DNA of 36,639 bases. It comes from a virus (lineage: Duplodnaviria > Heunggongvirae > Uroviricota > Caudoviricetes). Position numbers and translations under genes: made by a program. Positions 6,363 through 15,962 of this stretch are shown in pieces (position 1 is the stretch's first letter; each line of letters opens with the position of its first letter). Under the pieces are notes generated by a model, which saw only the letters and a program-made list of their open reading frames with translations, was not told where the DNA came from and searched no databases. Location of the stretch: the IMG/VR virus record IMGVR_UViG_2548876956_000006. One strand, written 5' to 3'.

Positions 6363-9199
6363 GTGAGTTTACATGGAGCTGGAATGAACCACGGCCAGCC
6401 ATTGAGCCGGACAGATTTACGGAGCGCAGGCAGGAAACTGAAACCGACCTGCAACGCGCCATCCGTTACTACCTTGAGGCGGACAAAAAGGCCCGGAAAG
6501 AACAGGAAGCGAAGGAGGAAGCCTTTTTCGCACAATCCACCGTGGGTAAAAAACTCATGGCATCCCTTGAGGAAGCCGGACAGCGTGAAAAGCTGGCACA
6601 AAGCATCATCAGCAAGCGTCAGGCAACAGAACAAGACCCGGTGGCCCGTGCTTTTGCCACACTGAAGGTGCTTCCCGTTTATCTGCGTGAACCTCTGAGC
6701 CGCCACCTCTCTTTCCTGCACAAAAAACAGGAATCCGATCGTCAGAAAGGCAAAAAGAGCTGGCAGGCTGAACGCTACGCGCGCGGAACCCTGCGCAAAA
6801 TATTCGAACGTCTGGACCGCACCGACAGCCGTTGGCTGACACCGGGTTATCGGTCCCTTGCCGGACGTGAACGCCTGGACGATTTGCTTTACCTGCCGCA
6901 GCTCAACAAACACCAGATACAGACGCTGGCCACCATGACGGCGGCGATGTTCAGCAGCACCTTCGAAAAACTCTGCGATGGTTTTGGCGCGACTGATGGC
7001 GAGCTGACCATGGATGTAACGCTGAAGGCGTATCAGATGCTGGCCCGCATGGCGTTACACTTGCACGCCATGCCTCCGCATTATGACGCACTGACAACAG
7101 ACAAAGACCGGAGGAACGAACCGGACACAGAACTGCTGCCGGGCGCAATCCTTCGCCTGACCTGTGCAGAATGGTGGAAACGCAAACTGTGGCTGTTACG
7201 TTGCGAGTGGAGAGAAGAACAACTCCGCGCCGCCTGTCTGGTTTCCAGAAAAACATCGCCCTATCTGAGTCAGGACGCGTTAAGCGAGTTTCGCGCACAG
7301 CGCGAGAAAACACGCGATTTCCTGAAAAGTTTCATGCTGGAAAATGAAGACGGGTTCACGATTGATCTCGAGACGGTGTATTACGCGGGAGTAAGTAACC
7401 CGGTTCACCGTAAGGCAGAAATGATGGCCACCATGAAGGGGCTGGAACTTCTGGCCGAAGCCCGTGGCGACAGAGCGGTGTTTCTGACTGTCACCTGCCC
7501 GTCAAAATACCACGCTACAACAGAGAACGGTCATCCGAACCCCAAATGGAACGGGGCCACCATGCGCGACTCCAGCGATTACCTGGTTAACACGTTTTTT
7601 GCGGCGGTCCGCAAAAAACTGAACCGCGACGGTCTGCGCTGGTATGGCATCCGCACGGTGGAGCCTCACCATGACGGCACTGTGCACTGGCATATGATGG
7701 TCTTTGCACATCCGGACGAGATTGAAACCATCGTGTCCCACGTCTGCGATATTGCCATTCAGGAAGACCGCCACGAGCTGGGCGATGACATAACTCCGCG
7801 TTTTAAGGCGGAGTACGTAGACGGCTCAAAAGGCACACCAACCAGCTACATCGCCACCTACATCGGAAAGAACCTGGACAGCCGCGCCGTGGATGGCATC
7901 GACCCGAAAACGGGCAAGCCACGCGTTGACCACGAAACCGGAAAATCAATGGCCGAGAGCGTGGAACGCGCCATCGGCTGGGCGCGCCTTCACCGGGTCC
8001 GCCAGTTCCAGTTCTTTGGTATCCCCTCCCGTCAGGTGTGGCGTGAACTGCGCCGCCTTGCCAGCCAGATGGCACGCAACCCGGAAGGCCCGCAACGGCT
8101 GAAGGATGACGCAATGGATGCGGTACTCGCTGCCGCTGATGCCGGGTGTTTTGCCACCTACATTGAAAAACAGGGTGGTGTGCTTGTTCCACGCAAAGAC
8201 TACCTGATTCGCACCGCCTACGACCTCGCAGATGATCTGAACGATTACGGTGAGCAGAGTGTACAGATTTACGGGATCTGGTCGCCGCTCATCGGGGAGT
8301 CTTCCCGCGTATGCACGCATCCGGATAACTGGAAGCTGGTAAGACGCAAACCAGAACAGGAAGGTAGCGCCCACGAAAATGGTTTTGACCTTCAGGGCGG
8401 CCCTGCCGCCCCTTGGACTCGTGGCAATAACTGTCCCCGTGAACAGGAAACAGACAACAACGGGACAGAACAGCCGGAAGAACGGCCAGCACCGTGGCCG
8501 CAGCTCCCTGACAGCGTTGAAGTGAACGAATGGATGCATTCACTGAAACGGCACGAACGCCGGGCGCTGATGCGTTCGCTTCGTGACAAACAGGCAAAAA
8601 ACAGCAGCGATGAAATGCAGAACTGGACACAGAGCCGCAAACAGCCACAGCCTTTGCCTGATAACCACGAGTTACTCGCTAAAGAATGGCGGGAGTCTGC
8701 TGAATCTCTCGGCCTGCATATTGGTGAACAGCAGATGCAGCACCTGTTACGGGGCGGCAGTCTGTACGTTGACGGCAGCATCATTGCACCGCAGGGATTT
8801 GAAATTGTACGCAAACCGGATACCCGCCCGGACAGCCGAATCACGCAGCTCTGGCAACGCCTGAGCCGTAATCACGGCGTAAGCAGCACGGAGATCCGCC
8901 ATAACCCGGTCGCCAGCTATCTGGAACAGCTGGGGGCATCAGACCCTGAAGCCGCCGCACGCCTGGCATCCACACTTCAGCAGGACCAGAACACCATGAA
9001 AACCCCCGTTACCGTGCTTTCTGACATGCTGCGCGCCATCCGTGACGCAGAGCACGCCCAGAGAATCAGTGAAACCACTGAACGCGCCCGCCGCAAAGCA
9101 GACCTGCTGCGGGGTAGCCTGACCAGTGGAAACAAAAAACAGACAGAAACGGGACTCACAAATCCCGTAAATGAGCAAAAAACGTGCCGCGATATATGA
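6359..9199 (+). CDS. A: Replication initiation protein, P2 gpA-like rolling-circle endonuclease
   Basis: Large ORF in the position of P2 A; contains an HxH-type motif (VHWHMMVFAHPDE) typical of Rep-family nickases. Start taken at the ATG overlapping the upstream stop; the ORF track starts at 6332. Confidence 0.8.
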   Translation: MSEFTWSWNEPRPAIEPDRFTERRQETETDLQRAIRYYLEADKKARKEQEAKEEAFFAQSTVGKKLMASLEEAGQREKLAQSIISKRQATEQDPVARAFATLKVLPVYLREPLSRHLSFLHKKQESDRQKGKKSWQAERYARGTLRKIFERLDRTDSRWLTPGYRSLAGRERLDDLLYLPQLNKHQIQTLATMTAAMFSSTFEKLCDGFGATDGELTMDVTLKAYQMLARMALHLHAMPPHYDALTTDKDRRNEPDTELLPGAILRLTCAEWWKRKLWLLRCEWREEQLRAACLVSRKTSPYLSQDALSEFRAQREKTRDFLKSFMLENEDGFTIDLETVYYAGVSNPVHRKAEMMATMKGLELLAEARGDRAVFLTVTCPSKYHATTENGHPNPKWNGATMRDSSDYLVNTFFAAVRKKLNRDGLRWYGIRTVEPHHDGTVHWHMMVFAHPDEIETIVSHVCDIAIQEDRHELGDDITPRFKAEYVDGSKGTPTSYIATYIGKNLDSRAVDGIDPKTGKPRVDHETGKSMAESVERAIGWARLHRVRQFQFFGIPSRQVWRELRRLASQMARNPEGPQRLKDDAMDAVLAAADAGCFATYIEKQGGVLVPRKDYLIRTAYDLADDLNDYGEQSVQIYGIWSPLIGESSRVCTHPDNWKLVRRKPEQEGSAHENGFDLQGGPAAPWTRGNNCPREQETDNNGTEQPEERPAPWPQLPDSVEVNEWMHSLKRHERRALMRSLRDKQAKNSSDEMQNWTQSRKQPQPLPDNHELLAKEWRESAESLGLHIGEQQMQHLLRGGSLYVDGSIIAPQGFEIVRKPDTRPDSRITQLWQRLSRNHGVSSTEIRHNPVASYLEQLGASDPEAAARLASTLQQDQNTMKTPVTVLSDMLRAIRDAEHAQRISETTERARRKADLLRGSLTSGNKKQTETGLTNPVNEQKTCRDI

Positions 9200-9244
9200 A
9201 GCGCGCACAAAACAGGCAAAAGAGGGATTTCAGAATCCCGTAAA
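9151..9244. repeat. Two 21-bp repeats with internal dyad (GGGAyTyNNrAATCCCGTAAA) 73 bp apart; candidate parC-like centromere/operator or A-associated origin element
   Basis: gggactcacaaatcccgtaaa (9151-9171) and gggatttcagaatcccgtaaa (9224-9244), 16/21 identical, each containing GGGA...TCCC. They flank the A stop and lie just upstream of parM. Confidence 0.3.
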
Positions 9245-9275
9245 CGGTTAATTAATCAACATAAGGAAAATCGAC

Positions 9276-10235
9276 ATGAAAATTTGTATCGACGACGGCT
9301 CCACCAACATCAAGCTGGCATGGACTGAGAACGGCGAACGCCGCAACGCCATCAGCCCGAACAGCTTCAAGTCGGAATGGTCTGCGCCGTTCGGTGGCAC
9401 GCAGCCCGCGAACTACATGCTTGATGGCGTGCGCTATGGTTTTGATCCGGTCAGTGATCGCTTTGTCCAGACGACCGACACGCAATACCAGTACAGCGAT
9501 GTGAATGTCATTGCCATTCATCACGCGCTGGTCAAATCAGGCATCACGCCACAGGAGGTGGATATGGTTGTCACCCTGCCACTGAGCGAGTATTTCGACA
9601 CAAACGCACAGCCGGACATGGCCAACATCAACCGCAAAAAAGCAAACGTTATGCGCCCGGTGGAATACCAGAACGGCGAAGCATTCACTATCCGTAATGT
9701 ACGGGTTATGCCTGAATCCATTCCGGCTGGCTTTAAAGCACTGGCTGACATGAGTCCGTTTGAATCCCTGCTGATTGTGGATTTAGGTGGAACCACGCTG
9801 GATGTGGCAAAGGTTCAGGGACAACTGGCAGGTATCAGCCAGGTGTTTTGCGATCCACACGTAGGCGTTTCCCTGATGGCCGATGCAGTACTGTCGGTGA
9901 TGGCCACTAACGGTATGCGTACCAGTCACCACATCGCCAATACCATTATCGAACATCGCCATGATGAAGCCTGGCTGCGCCAGCACATCCACAATGACGC
10001 GCATTACGCCAGCCTGATGGCGGTTATTCGTGAAAAGGAAGAAACACTGAAACAACGCGTGATCCGCGCGCTGGCGGGTTTTTCGGGTTACGGGCGGGTG
10101 ATGGTTGTCGGTGGCGGGGCGGAGATTGTGGCACCCGCTATCCGCGAAGCCTGCGGAGTTAATGCGACTTTCATCGCGGACGGGGTGCCACAGTTTGCTC
10201 TGGTTAATGGGCTGTACGCAATGGACAAGGAGTAA
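9276..10235 (+). CDS. parM: ParM/StbA-family actin-like plasmid-segregation ATPase
   Basis: 319 aa; N-terminus MKICIDDGSTNIKLAW plus PNSFK, QYSDVNV, VMPESIPAG, DLGGTTLDV, FSGY, VVGGGAE and LVNGLY closely parallel plasmid R1 ParM as I recall it. Confidence 0.85.
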   Translation: MKICIDDGSTNIKLAWTENGERRNAISPNSFKSEWSAPFGGTQPANYMLDGVRYGFDPVSDRFVQTTDTQYQYSDVNVIAIHHALVKSGITPQEVDMVVTLPLSEYFDTNAQPDMANINRKKANVMRPVEYQNGEAFTIRNVRVMPESIPAGFKALADMSPFESLLIVDLGGTTLDVAKVQGQLAGISQVFCDPHVGVSLMADAVLSVMATNGMRTSHHIANTIIEHRHDEAWLRQHIHNDAHYASLMAVIREKEETLKQRVIRALAGFSGYGRVMVVGGGAEIVAPAIREACGVNATFIADGVPQFALVNGLYAMDKE

Positions 10236-10239
10236 ACCA

Positions 10240-10551
10240 ATGACGACACCAACCAGACGAATAAGTTTCTATCTGAAGCCCGCCGCCGTCAAGAACGAAG
10301 GCGAAGCATGCGCCTGGCTGGACAGCCTTACACCAGAAGCCCGTAAAAACGGCCAACGCGTGGCTTTTCTGGCTGGGCTGGCGCTTCTGAAAATGAATCC
10401 GGCAGAGGCTTACCGACTGGCAGCATGGGCTGACGATGAGGCGTTATCAGTGACACAAACCAGGACAGAACGCCCCCTGTCACAGCCAGTACCAACCGCA
10501 CAGATAACCAGTCAGATGGCCGGAAATATCAGGGCGTTATTTCCTGAATAA
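10240..10551 (+). CDS. parR: ParR-like small DNA-binding partner of ParM
   Basis: 103 aa directly after parM; RRISFYLKP...AWLDSLTPEARKNGQRVAFLAGLALLK...IRALFPE parallels R1 ParR (RRTIAFKLNP...DSIPQGERSR...AALTAGLAL...LRSLFPKE). The ORF track extends the frame upstream into parM; the ATG at 10240 is the plausible start. Confidence 0.6.
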   Translation: MTTPTRRISFYLKPAAVKNEGEACAWLDSLTPEARKNGQRVAFLAGLALLKMNPAEAYRLAAWADDEALSVTQTRTERPLSQPVPTAQITSQMAGNIRALFPE

Positions 10552-10614
10552 CACAACGTCAGGGCGAGTTCGCCCTGATCTCCATCTCAGAACATAAACA
10601 AGAAGAGCGACTTA

Positions 10615-10998
10615 ATGAGCAAAATCAACTATCAGGCATTACGTGAACGTTATTCACCTGCACCAGTACCAAAATGCCCTATTTGCGGCGAAGAAATGTC
10701 AATTCAGCGAATATCTGGAGCACTGGTTGTTTATGGCTGCTCCGGTTATGGTGATGAAGGAGATTTCAAAATTGGTCGAACTCTTGCCGACGAACATTAT
10801 GAAAAATCACGCGTAACAGTGTTGGATGTCGGGGATCCTGAAGTATTGGCGCTACTTGATTGGCTGGAAACCAAAGACAACCGAATCGCTGAACTGGAAA
10901 AAATCGCCACTGACTATGCACTTAAATTCCAGAAAGCACAGGACGCATTAAAGTACGCCGCTTTGCTGCATAGCAGGACAGTGCAGCTACAAGACTAA
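10615..10998 (+). CDS. Hypothetical protein with CxxC and C-terminal coiled-coil-like region
   Basis: 127 aa; CPICGEE...YGCSGYG; no family recognised. Confidence 0.45.
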   Translation: MSKINYQALRERYSPAPVPKCPICGEEMSIQRISGALVVYGCSGYGDEGDFKIGRTLADEHYEKSRVTVLDVGDPEVLALLDWLETKDNRIAELEKIATDYALKFQKAQDALKYAALLHSRTVQLQD

Positions 10999-11088
10999 CT
11001 TAAAGCGGAAGATTAATACATGGTGAGTCGGGGTAATTTGTTTTTATCCCGACAAATAAACAAAAAAGTGGACTATCTCTGTAGTATC

Positions 11089-11619
11089 TTATTCAGCATC
11101 GTCTCGTGCAGTCTGTGCATACGTCACAACAACGCCCAATGCATTAGTTTTCTTTTCAACATAGATAATATTGTCATATTCATAGTTACCATACGGATAG
11201 CAAATAAGAATATTTTTATGCAGATCGGGATCATCAACAAACGCTCCGGAACAGCTTCTTGAACTACCGGATGTATACTCATACGGTGCAACATATGATG
11301 ATGTTACTCCTGGTAAAAAATAAGTCACCATCATAAGAGGGATAATCAGGAATATCCCTGTAAGAATGCAAGAGCCAGCATAAACCTTCAGGTATTCCGA
11401 CAGTCCTTTCCAGCCACTTTGCTTCACTACCCCCCTCTTCACCAGAAACAAGGAGAAGAAAAAGGACATACCCATACTACACAAGATGTAATAATTGGAT
11501 ATACGCGAATTAAGATATGTAATCCTGTAGATATCTGCCCTCCACCAGTAAAAGAGGAAAATAATCCCTAGCACTGAAACAGTCATGCAAATCAAATAAG
11601 GATATGAATCTTTCTTCAT
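11089..11619 (-). CDS. Multi-pass membrane protein, AT-rich cargo in the A-cos (P2 tin/old-position) hotspot
   Basis: 176 aa, low-GC, opposite strand to the flanking operon; about three hydrophobic helices (VSVLGIIFLFYWW, FFFSLFLV, CILTGIFLIIPLMMVTYFL) followed by a soluble C-terminal segment. Confidence 0.55.
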   Translation of the reverse strand: MKKDSYPYLICMTVSVLGIIFLFYWWRADIYRITYLNSRISNYYILCSMGMSFFFSLFLVKRGVVKQSGWKGLSEYLKVYAGSCILTGIFLIIPLMMVTYFLPGVTSSYVAPYEYTSGSSRSCSGAFVDDPDLHKNILICYPYGNYEYDNIIYVEKKTNALGVVVTYAQTARDDAE

Positions 11620-12150
11620 GTCTTGCGCTCATTAAAATTTCACTGCTACGAACAAATTTACCATCCGTTTTTTGCGCAGAAAACAGCACGATGCACACTG
11701 CACGATAGTGCACAAATTTGCACAATTTTTTTGAACGACTTTTTACCCTTCCGGCCCGCATGGCGGCTGGATCCGTCAAGGATCCGTGCGTGCACAAAAA
11801 AACGCGTTTTTTCTGCGCGCAGGTGACGGGGGAACAGCCCGCGTTTCAGGGGGTAAATAGCATTCCCTGAACGATGTCGCAGAGACACAACAGAATGGCT
11901 GTATTTCTCACGCTGAGCGTGAAAAATACGTGAGGGATTCTGATTTGATGGGGTGAAAGGTAAGGCCGTCAAAATCGCACTGAGGCGGCGAAGAACATGC
12001 AGTCAACGCGGTGGGATTGCGTAAGAGTCTGACCGCCGATGATGGCAATAAGCAGAAAAGCGTCGTGAAATTATCTGATTGATACAGGAGCTGGAGAGCC
12101 GGGGCATAAATTTTTTATGCCCCGCCGAAGCAGCAGACAAGCGAAGCGCG

Positions 12151-13197
12151 TCAGGATGTGGGCTGGGTATCTAACAGTGCGTAAGGGTTAAAGCGGATCA
12201 CCTCTTCGCCAAGCCAGTCATTGATGTGCTTCATGGCCTCCATGACGGGCATCAGCTCGTTAATTGCGTAAACCCGCGCGGCCTTCTCCACATCACCAAA
12301 CGCACTTTTTTCACCCGGCATCGCCCCCATCAGTTGCGGCGGAACGCGGTGCGCAGCCAGCACATCATCACGGGATGCCGCCTTAACATTCATGAACTCA
12401 TCCTTTGCGGTGATCTGCTGGAACGGCAAAATTTGCACCCCCTCTTTGCCCCCGTTGGGCGCATGAATGAGCACGTTTTTAAACGCACCGCCACCACGTG
12501 CACCCTGTAGCGTTTCTTTCAGGGAGTCCATGCTTTCGCGGTTTACCTGCGCTGCACCGATGTAGATGATGCACCCGGCGTGGGATCCGTTGTCGTAATA
12601 CAGTTTTCTGAACATGTCCGCCGAATGAGACAGGCTGGCCGAGAGTAATGCGCCGAGATATTCCGGCATGCCGTAGATTTCCTGGTTAATGTCAGGATTC
12701 ATCAGGTGGCACACTTTGCCAGGGCGAAACTGGAACGCATCCTTGCCATCCTGCACATACCACCATGATTCAAGATCGCTACCGCGTCGCATGTATTTCG
12801 CCAGGGCGTGCCGTAATTTAAGCGGTTCGCCGAGCATATTGCTTCGAAGCTCAAGGAATGCGTTACCGAACACAAACCAGTCCAGCGCCAGCGCCGAGAA
12901 ATCCTGCCGGGAAAGCAGCGGGTGCGGGATGTAGCAACCGAGTAATACATTGCGCTTAAAGTAAAGCGCAGACTGATGCCAGGACGTTTGCCGGGCAGCT
13001 CTTGCCAGACCGTACCAGTCCACCGGGGTTTCATACCACCGCCCGTTATCAGCACAGTACATATTGTCCAGCAAGTCATGCCCGGTCAGGCGATAAGGAC
13101 CATCAAATGTGAATGCACTGAGCGACGATTCTTTCCTGAGCGCATCAGCGAGATCAATGCGTGAACTCATGCGCACTTTTTTATTTTTTCTGCTCAT
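12151..13197 (-). CDS. Q: Portal (capsid portal vertex) protein, P2 gpQ-like
   Basis: 348 aa in the conserved Q-P leftward pair; length and position match P2 Q; shares one base with the P start/stop. Confidence 0.85.
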   Translation of the reverse strand: MSRKNKKVRMSSRIDLADALRKESSLSAFTFDGPYRLTGHDLLDNMYCADNGRWYETPVDWYGLARAARQTSWHQSALYFKRNVLLGCYIPHPLLSRQDFSALALDWFVFGNAFLELRSNMLGEPLKLRHALAKYMRRGSDLESWWYVQDGKDAFQFRPGKVCHLMNPDINQEIYGMPEYLGALLSASLSHSADMFRKLYYDNGSHAGCIIYIGAAQVNRESMDSLKETLQGARGGGAFKNVLIHAPNGGKEGVQILPFQQITAKDEFMNVKAASRDDVLAAHRVPPQLMGAMPGEKSAFGDVEKAARVYAINELMPVMEAMKHINDWLGEEVIRFNPYALLDTQPTS

Positions 13198-14948
13198 CAG
13201 AACTCCATAACCGTGAAACGCTCGTTTTCTCCTTCGCCGCCAATCGGTTCGTTAATGACAGCAAGCATGGTTGCCCACGCAAGGTCGCCGTGGCTGATCC
13301 CCCTCGCGCGGTCCGTTTCGTAAGTGATAAAGCCGCCCGGTGTTTTCACCTTACGCACGGCGTTAAAGGCCGCGACCAGCTCGCGTTCGGCGCGATCGTA
13401 TTCCCACCGCCCGGCACGCATTATTTGCAGCATTTTCAGTACCAGCGACCGTTTTGATGACAGCGTGAAGGTGTACGGAATAGCAGCAGGGAAAAACCGT
13501 TTCACTATCTGATAAACAGCCTCCCCGTTCCCGCCCGTCACATCAATGCCGATGTGTTCCACGTTGTAGCGACACGTGAACTCTTCAATGACTCTGGCCT
13601 GTTCTTCAAACTCCAGCCCCTGAACGCGTCGCGTCTCCACCGTTCGAAAACGGCCACCAGGAACAGCCGGAGGAACCACCACGGACACAGCGCCGCTGTC
13701 GCCGTTGCCACTGCTGCCGTTTGCGTCATACCCAATCCATACCAGACGATTCCCCATCGGGCGGGGAGCAAAAGGTTTCCAGTCTTTCCAGTCGTCGTAT
13801 CCGTCAACGCCACAGCCAATCAGGATATTCAGGTTAAATGCCGATTCCCCTTCGCGGACAAACTCACACATATAGAGATTGAGGAACTCGTCTTCGGTGT
13901 TTTCATCACGAATTTCATCAATATCGGTGTGTTTCCAGCCGTGATTAACCACATCTTCCAGCGTGACAATTTGCCGCCACGTCCGGTCAGGGCAGATAAG
14001 CCCGTTATGCAGCGTTTTCCAGTCCACAGAAAAACGCTGGCGTTTATGCGAGGCCTTTTTCTCGTTCCAGCGGTCGCCGTTCCAGTAGGCGTATGCCTCG
14101 TGCGTTTCGGTGGATGGCGTGGAGAAGTAGGTGCGCCGCAGTCCGCTGAGGGTTGCCATAGCGCCAGCCACCTTGCGCAGTTCAGCAAAGCGACTGACCC
14201 AGAAAAATTCATCAAAATAAAAATTGCCCGTATAGGACTGTGCCGACGCAGCAGAAGTGCCGAGAAAATGCAGCTCTGCGCCGTTGGAGAGGATGATTTT
14301 ATCGCCCCCTTTCAGCTCCACATCAACTTCAGCCGCGGCCTTCTGAATAATGCTTTTAAACTGGAACGCCTGACGACGCGACGCAGACAAAAAAATCTGG
14401 TTACGCTGGTAAGGTTGCGCCACATCGTCACGCAGCGCCATCAGCAGTGCTTCCTGTGCAAAATACCAGGTCGCCCCAATCTGTCGGGATTTCAGGATCA
14501 TCCTGTTACGTATCCCGGCTTCCCTGCAAAGGGTCAGGGAGTCAAACCAGCTTCGCTGATGCCACTCCAGCCTGCTGATGATTTTTTCCCGCAGTGCGGC
14601 AATCTGTTCCGGCGTGAAATGATTTTTGAGTTTTTTCGCCCGGCCTTTCTTTCCTGCGGCCATCACATCCGGCTGGCCATCATGCAGCTTTTTAAGCTGC
14701 CGTGTCAGCAGGTCTATTTCCTTAAAGTCACCGCCTGTTTTATTCTGTTTTTCAGTAAGCTGGATGAGGCGCGCATCGATGGACTGCGTGACACGCTGCA
14801 CGGGTGGCGTTTCATCCCACTGGTCGCGTTTTTTCCACGCATAAATCGTGTTCGGGTTTATTCCCATCAGACGTGATATTTCTGCGGGCGGATAACCCTG
14901 CCAGTAAAGTTGCCGCGCACGCTGGCGCACAAAAGCGTCCTGAATCAT
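13197..14948 (-). CDS. P: Terminase large (ATPase) subunit, P2 gpP-like
   Basis: 583 aa, divergent from the capsid operon; conserved P2 synteny. Confidence 0.85.
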   Translation of the reverse strand: MIQDAFVRQRARQLYWQGYPPAEISRLMGINPNTIYAWKKRDQWDETPPVQRVTQSIDARLIQLTEKQNKTGGDFKEIDLLTRQLKKLHDGQPDVMAAGKKGRAKKLKNHFTPEQIAALREKIISRLEWHQRSWFDSLTLCREAGIRNRMILKSRQIGATWYFAQEALLMALRDDVAQPYQRNQIFLSASRRQAFQFKSIIQKAAAEVDVELKGGDKIILSNGAELHFLGTSAASAQSYTGNFYFDEFFWVSRFAELRKVAGAMATLSGLRRTYFSTPSTETHEAYAYWNGDRWNEKKASHKRQRFSVDWKTLHNGLICPDRTWRQIVTLEDVVNHGWKHTDIDEIRDENTEDEFLNLYMCEFVREGESAFNLNILIGCGVDGYDDWKDWKPFAPRPMGNRLVWIGYDANGSSGNGDSGAVSVVVPPAVPGGRFRTVETRRVQGLEFEEQARVIEEFTCRYNVEHIGIDVTGGNGEAVYQIVKRFFPAAIPYTFTLSSKRSLVLKMLQIMRAGRWEYDRAERELVAAFNAVRKVKTPGGFITYETDRARGISHGDLAWATMLAVINEPIGGEGENERFTVMEF

Positions 14949-15102
14949 TGCTCCCCCTGAGTAATTACAGGAAGATTACCCGCGCGCGAAACCGTTCTCC
15001 TTAACCCCCTGTTCTGGCCGTTTTCTTACAACAAAAGCCCTTTGTATCAGCCTGTTACGCTTTGCCATCATGACTGAAGAACCAGTCAGAGGGGCAAAAA
15101 CT

Positions 15103-15939
15103 ATGGCTAATGAAAAAAAGACATCCCGCAAAAAGTTTCGCGTGGCTGTCTCCGGATCAACTGTTGATGGCCGCGAAATCAGTCCGGTGCATCTGCGTGA
15201 AGCCGCCGAGAACTTCAACCCGGATGTTTACGCCGCCCGCGTGAACGTTGAGCACTATCTCTCGCCATGCCCGTCAAGCGAATTTTCCGCAATGGGTGAT
15301 GTCACCGCACTGAGTACGGAAGATATTACGGAAGGCCCGCTGGCCGGACGTACTGCGCTGTATGCAGAAATTGAACCGACCGAGCGCATGAAGCAGCTTG
15401 TCGCGGACGGCAAGAAAATCTATTCCAGTATCGAACTGCACCCGCAGTTCTCCGTTAACGGGCGCGCCTATCTGGTCGGGCTGGCGATGACCGACACCCC
15501 GGCAAGCCTGGGCACTGAGCGCCTGAAATTCACGGCACAGCAACGTCAGGCGGTGATGACGTTCAACAGTGTCCAGGGTGAAGCACCGCTTATCTCCGAA
15601 GCCATCGAGTCTGAAATCATCGAAATGGCAGAACAACGCCAGGAAGAAGGCACCCAGTGGTTTAACCGCGTAATGGGGATTATTGGCCGTGGCCGCAAAG
15701 CGGATGACGCCAGTTTTTCCCGCATTCAGGAAGCGGTGGAAGGCGTCGCAACGTCACAGGCCGACATTATCGACCGTTTTAATGCACTGGAAACCCGCCA
15801 TCAGCAGGACCGCCAGAAAATCACTTCACTGACCACAGAGCTGGCAGCACTGAAGGAAAAACTGCGCACGCAGGACGGCGATCCGCAGAACCGGTTCACC
15901 GCAACGGGCGCAGCCTCCGACCAGCTGGCTGACTTCTGA
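15103..15939 (+). CDS. O: Capsid scaffolding protein, P2 gpO-like
   Basis: KKFRVAVSGSTVDGREISPVHLREAAENFNP resembles the P2 O N-terminus; good SD before the ATG at 15103 (the ORF track starts at 15070). Confidence 0.85.
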   Translation: MANEKKTSRKKFRVAVSGSTVDGREISPVHLREAAENFNPDVYAARVNVEHYLSPCPSSEFSAMGDVTALSTEDITEGPLAGRTALYAEIEPTERMKQLVADGKKIYSSIELHPQFSVNGRAYLVGLAMTDTPASLGTERLKFTAQQRQAVMTFNSVQGEAPLISEAIESEIIEMAEQRQEEGTQWFNRVMGIIGRGRKADDASFSRIQEAVEGVATSQADIIDRFNALETRHQQDRQKITSLTTELAALKEKLRTQDGDPQNRFTATGAASDQLADF

Positions 15940-15962
15940 TAAGACAAAGGAGCAAATTTTTT

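Noticed and set aside
6254-6913. 219-aa minus-strand ORF (and smaller nested ORFs 6363-6665, 6609-6842)
   Set aside because: Antisense to or overlapping the replication gene A; no independent start signals; composition consistent with a spurious frame.
12096-12125. Hairpin ggggcataaa-ttt-tttatgcccc just downstream of the portal gene, considered as a terminator
   Set aside because: Strong stem but no U-tract on either strand; could be a Rho-dependent or structural element; not called as a feature.
13554-14876. 440-aa plus-strand ORF
   Set aside because: Lies entirely antisense to the terminase large-subunit gene; Arg/Pro/Cys-rich composition typical of an out-of-frame GC-rich artefact; the minus-strand gene has clear P2 synteny.
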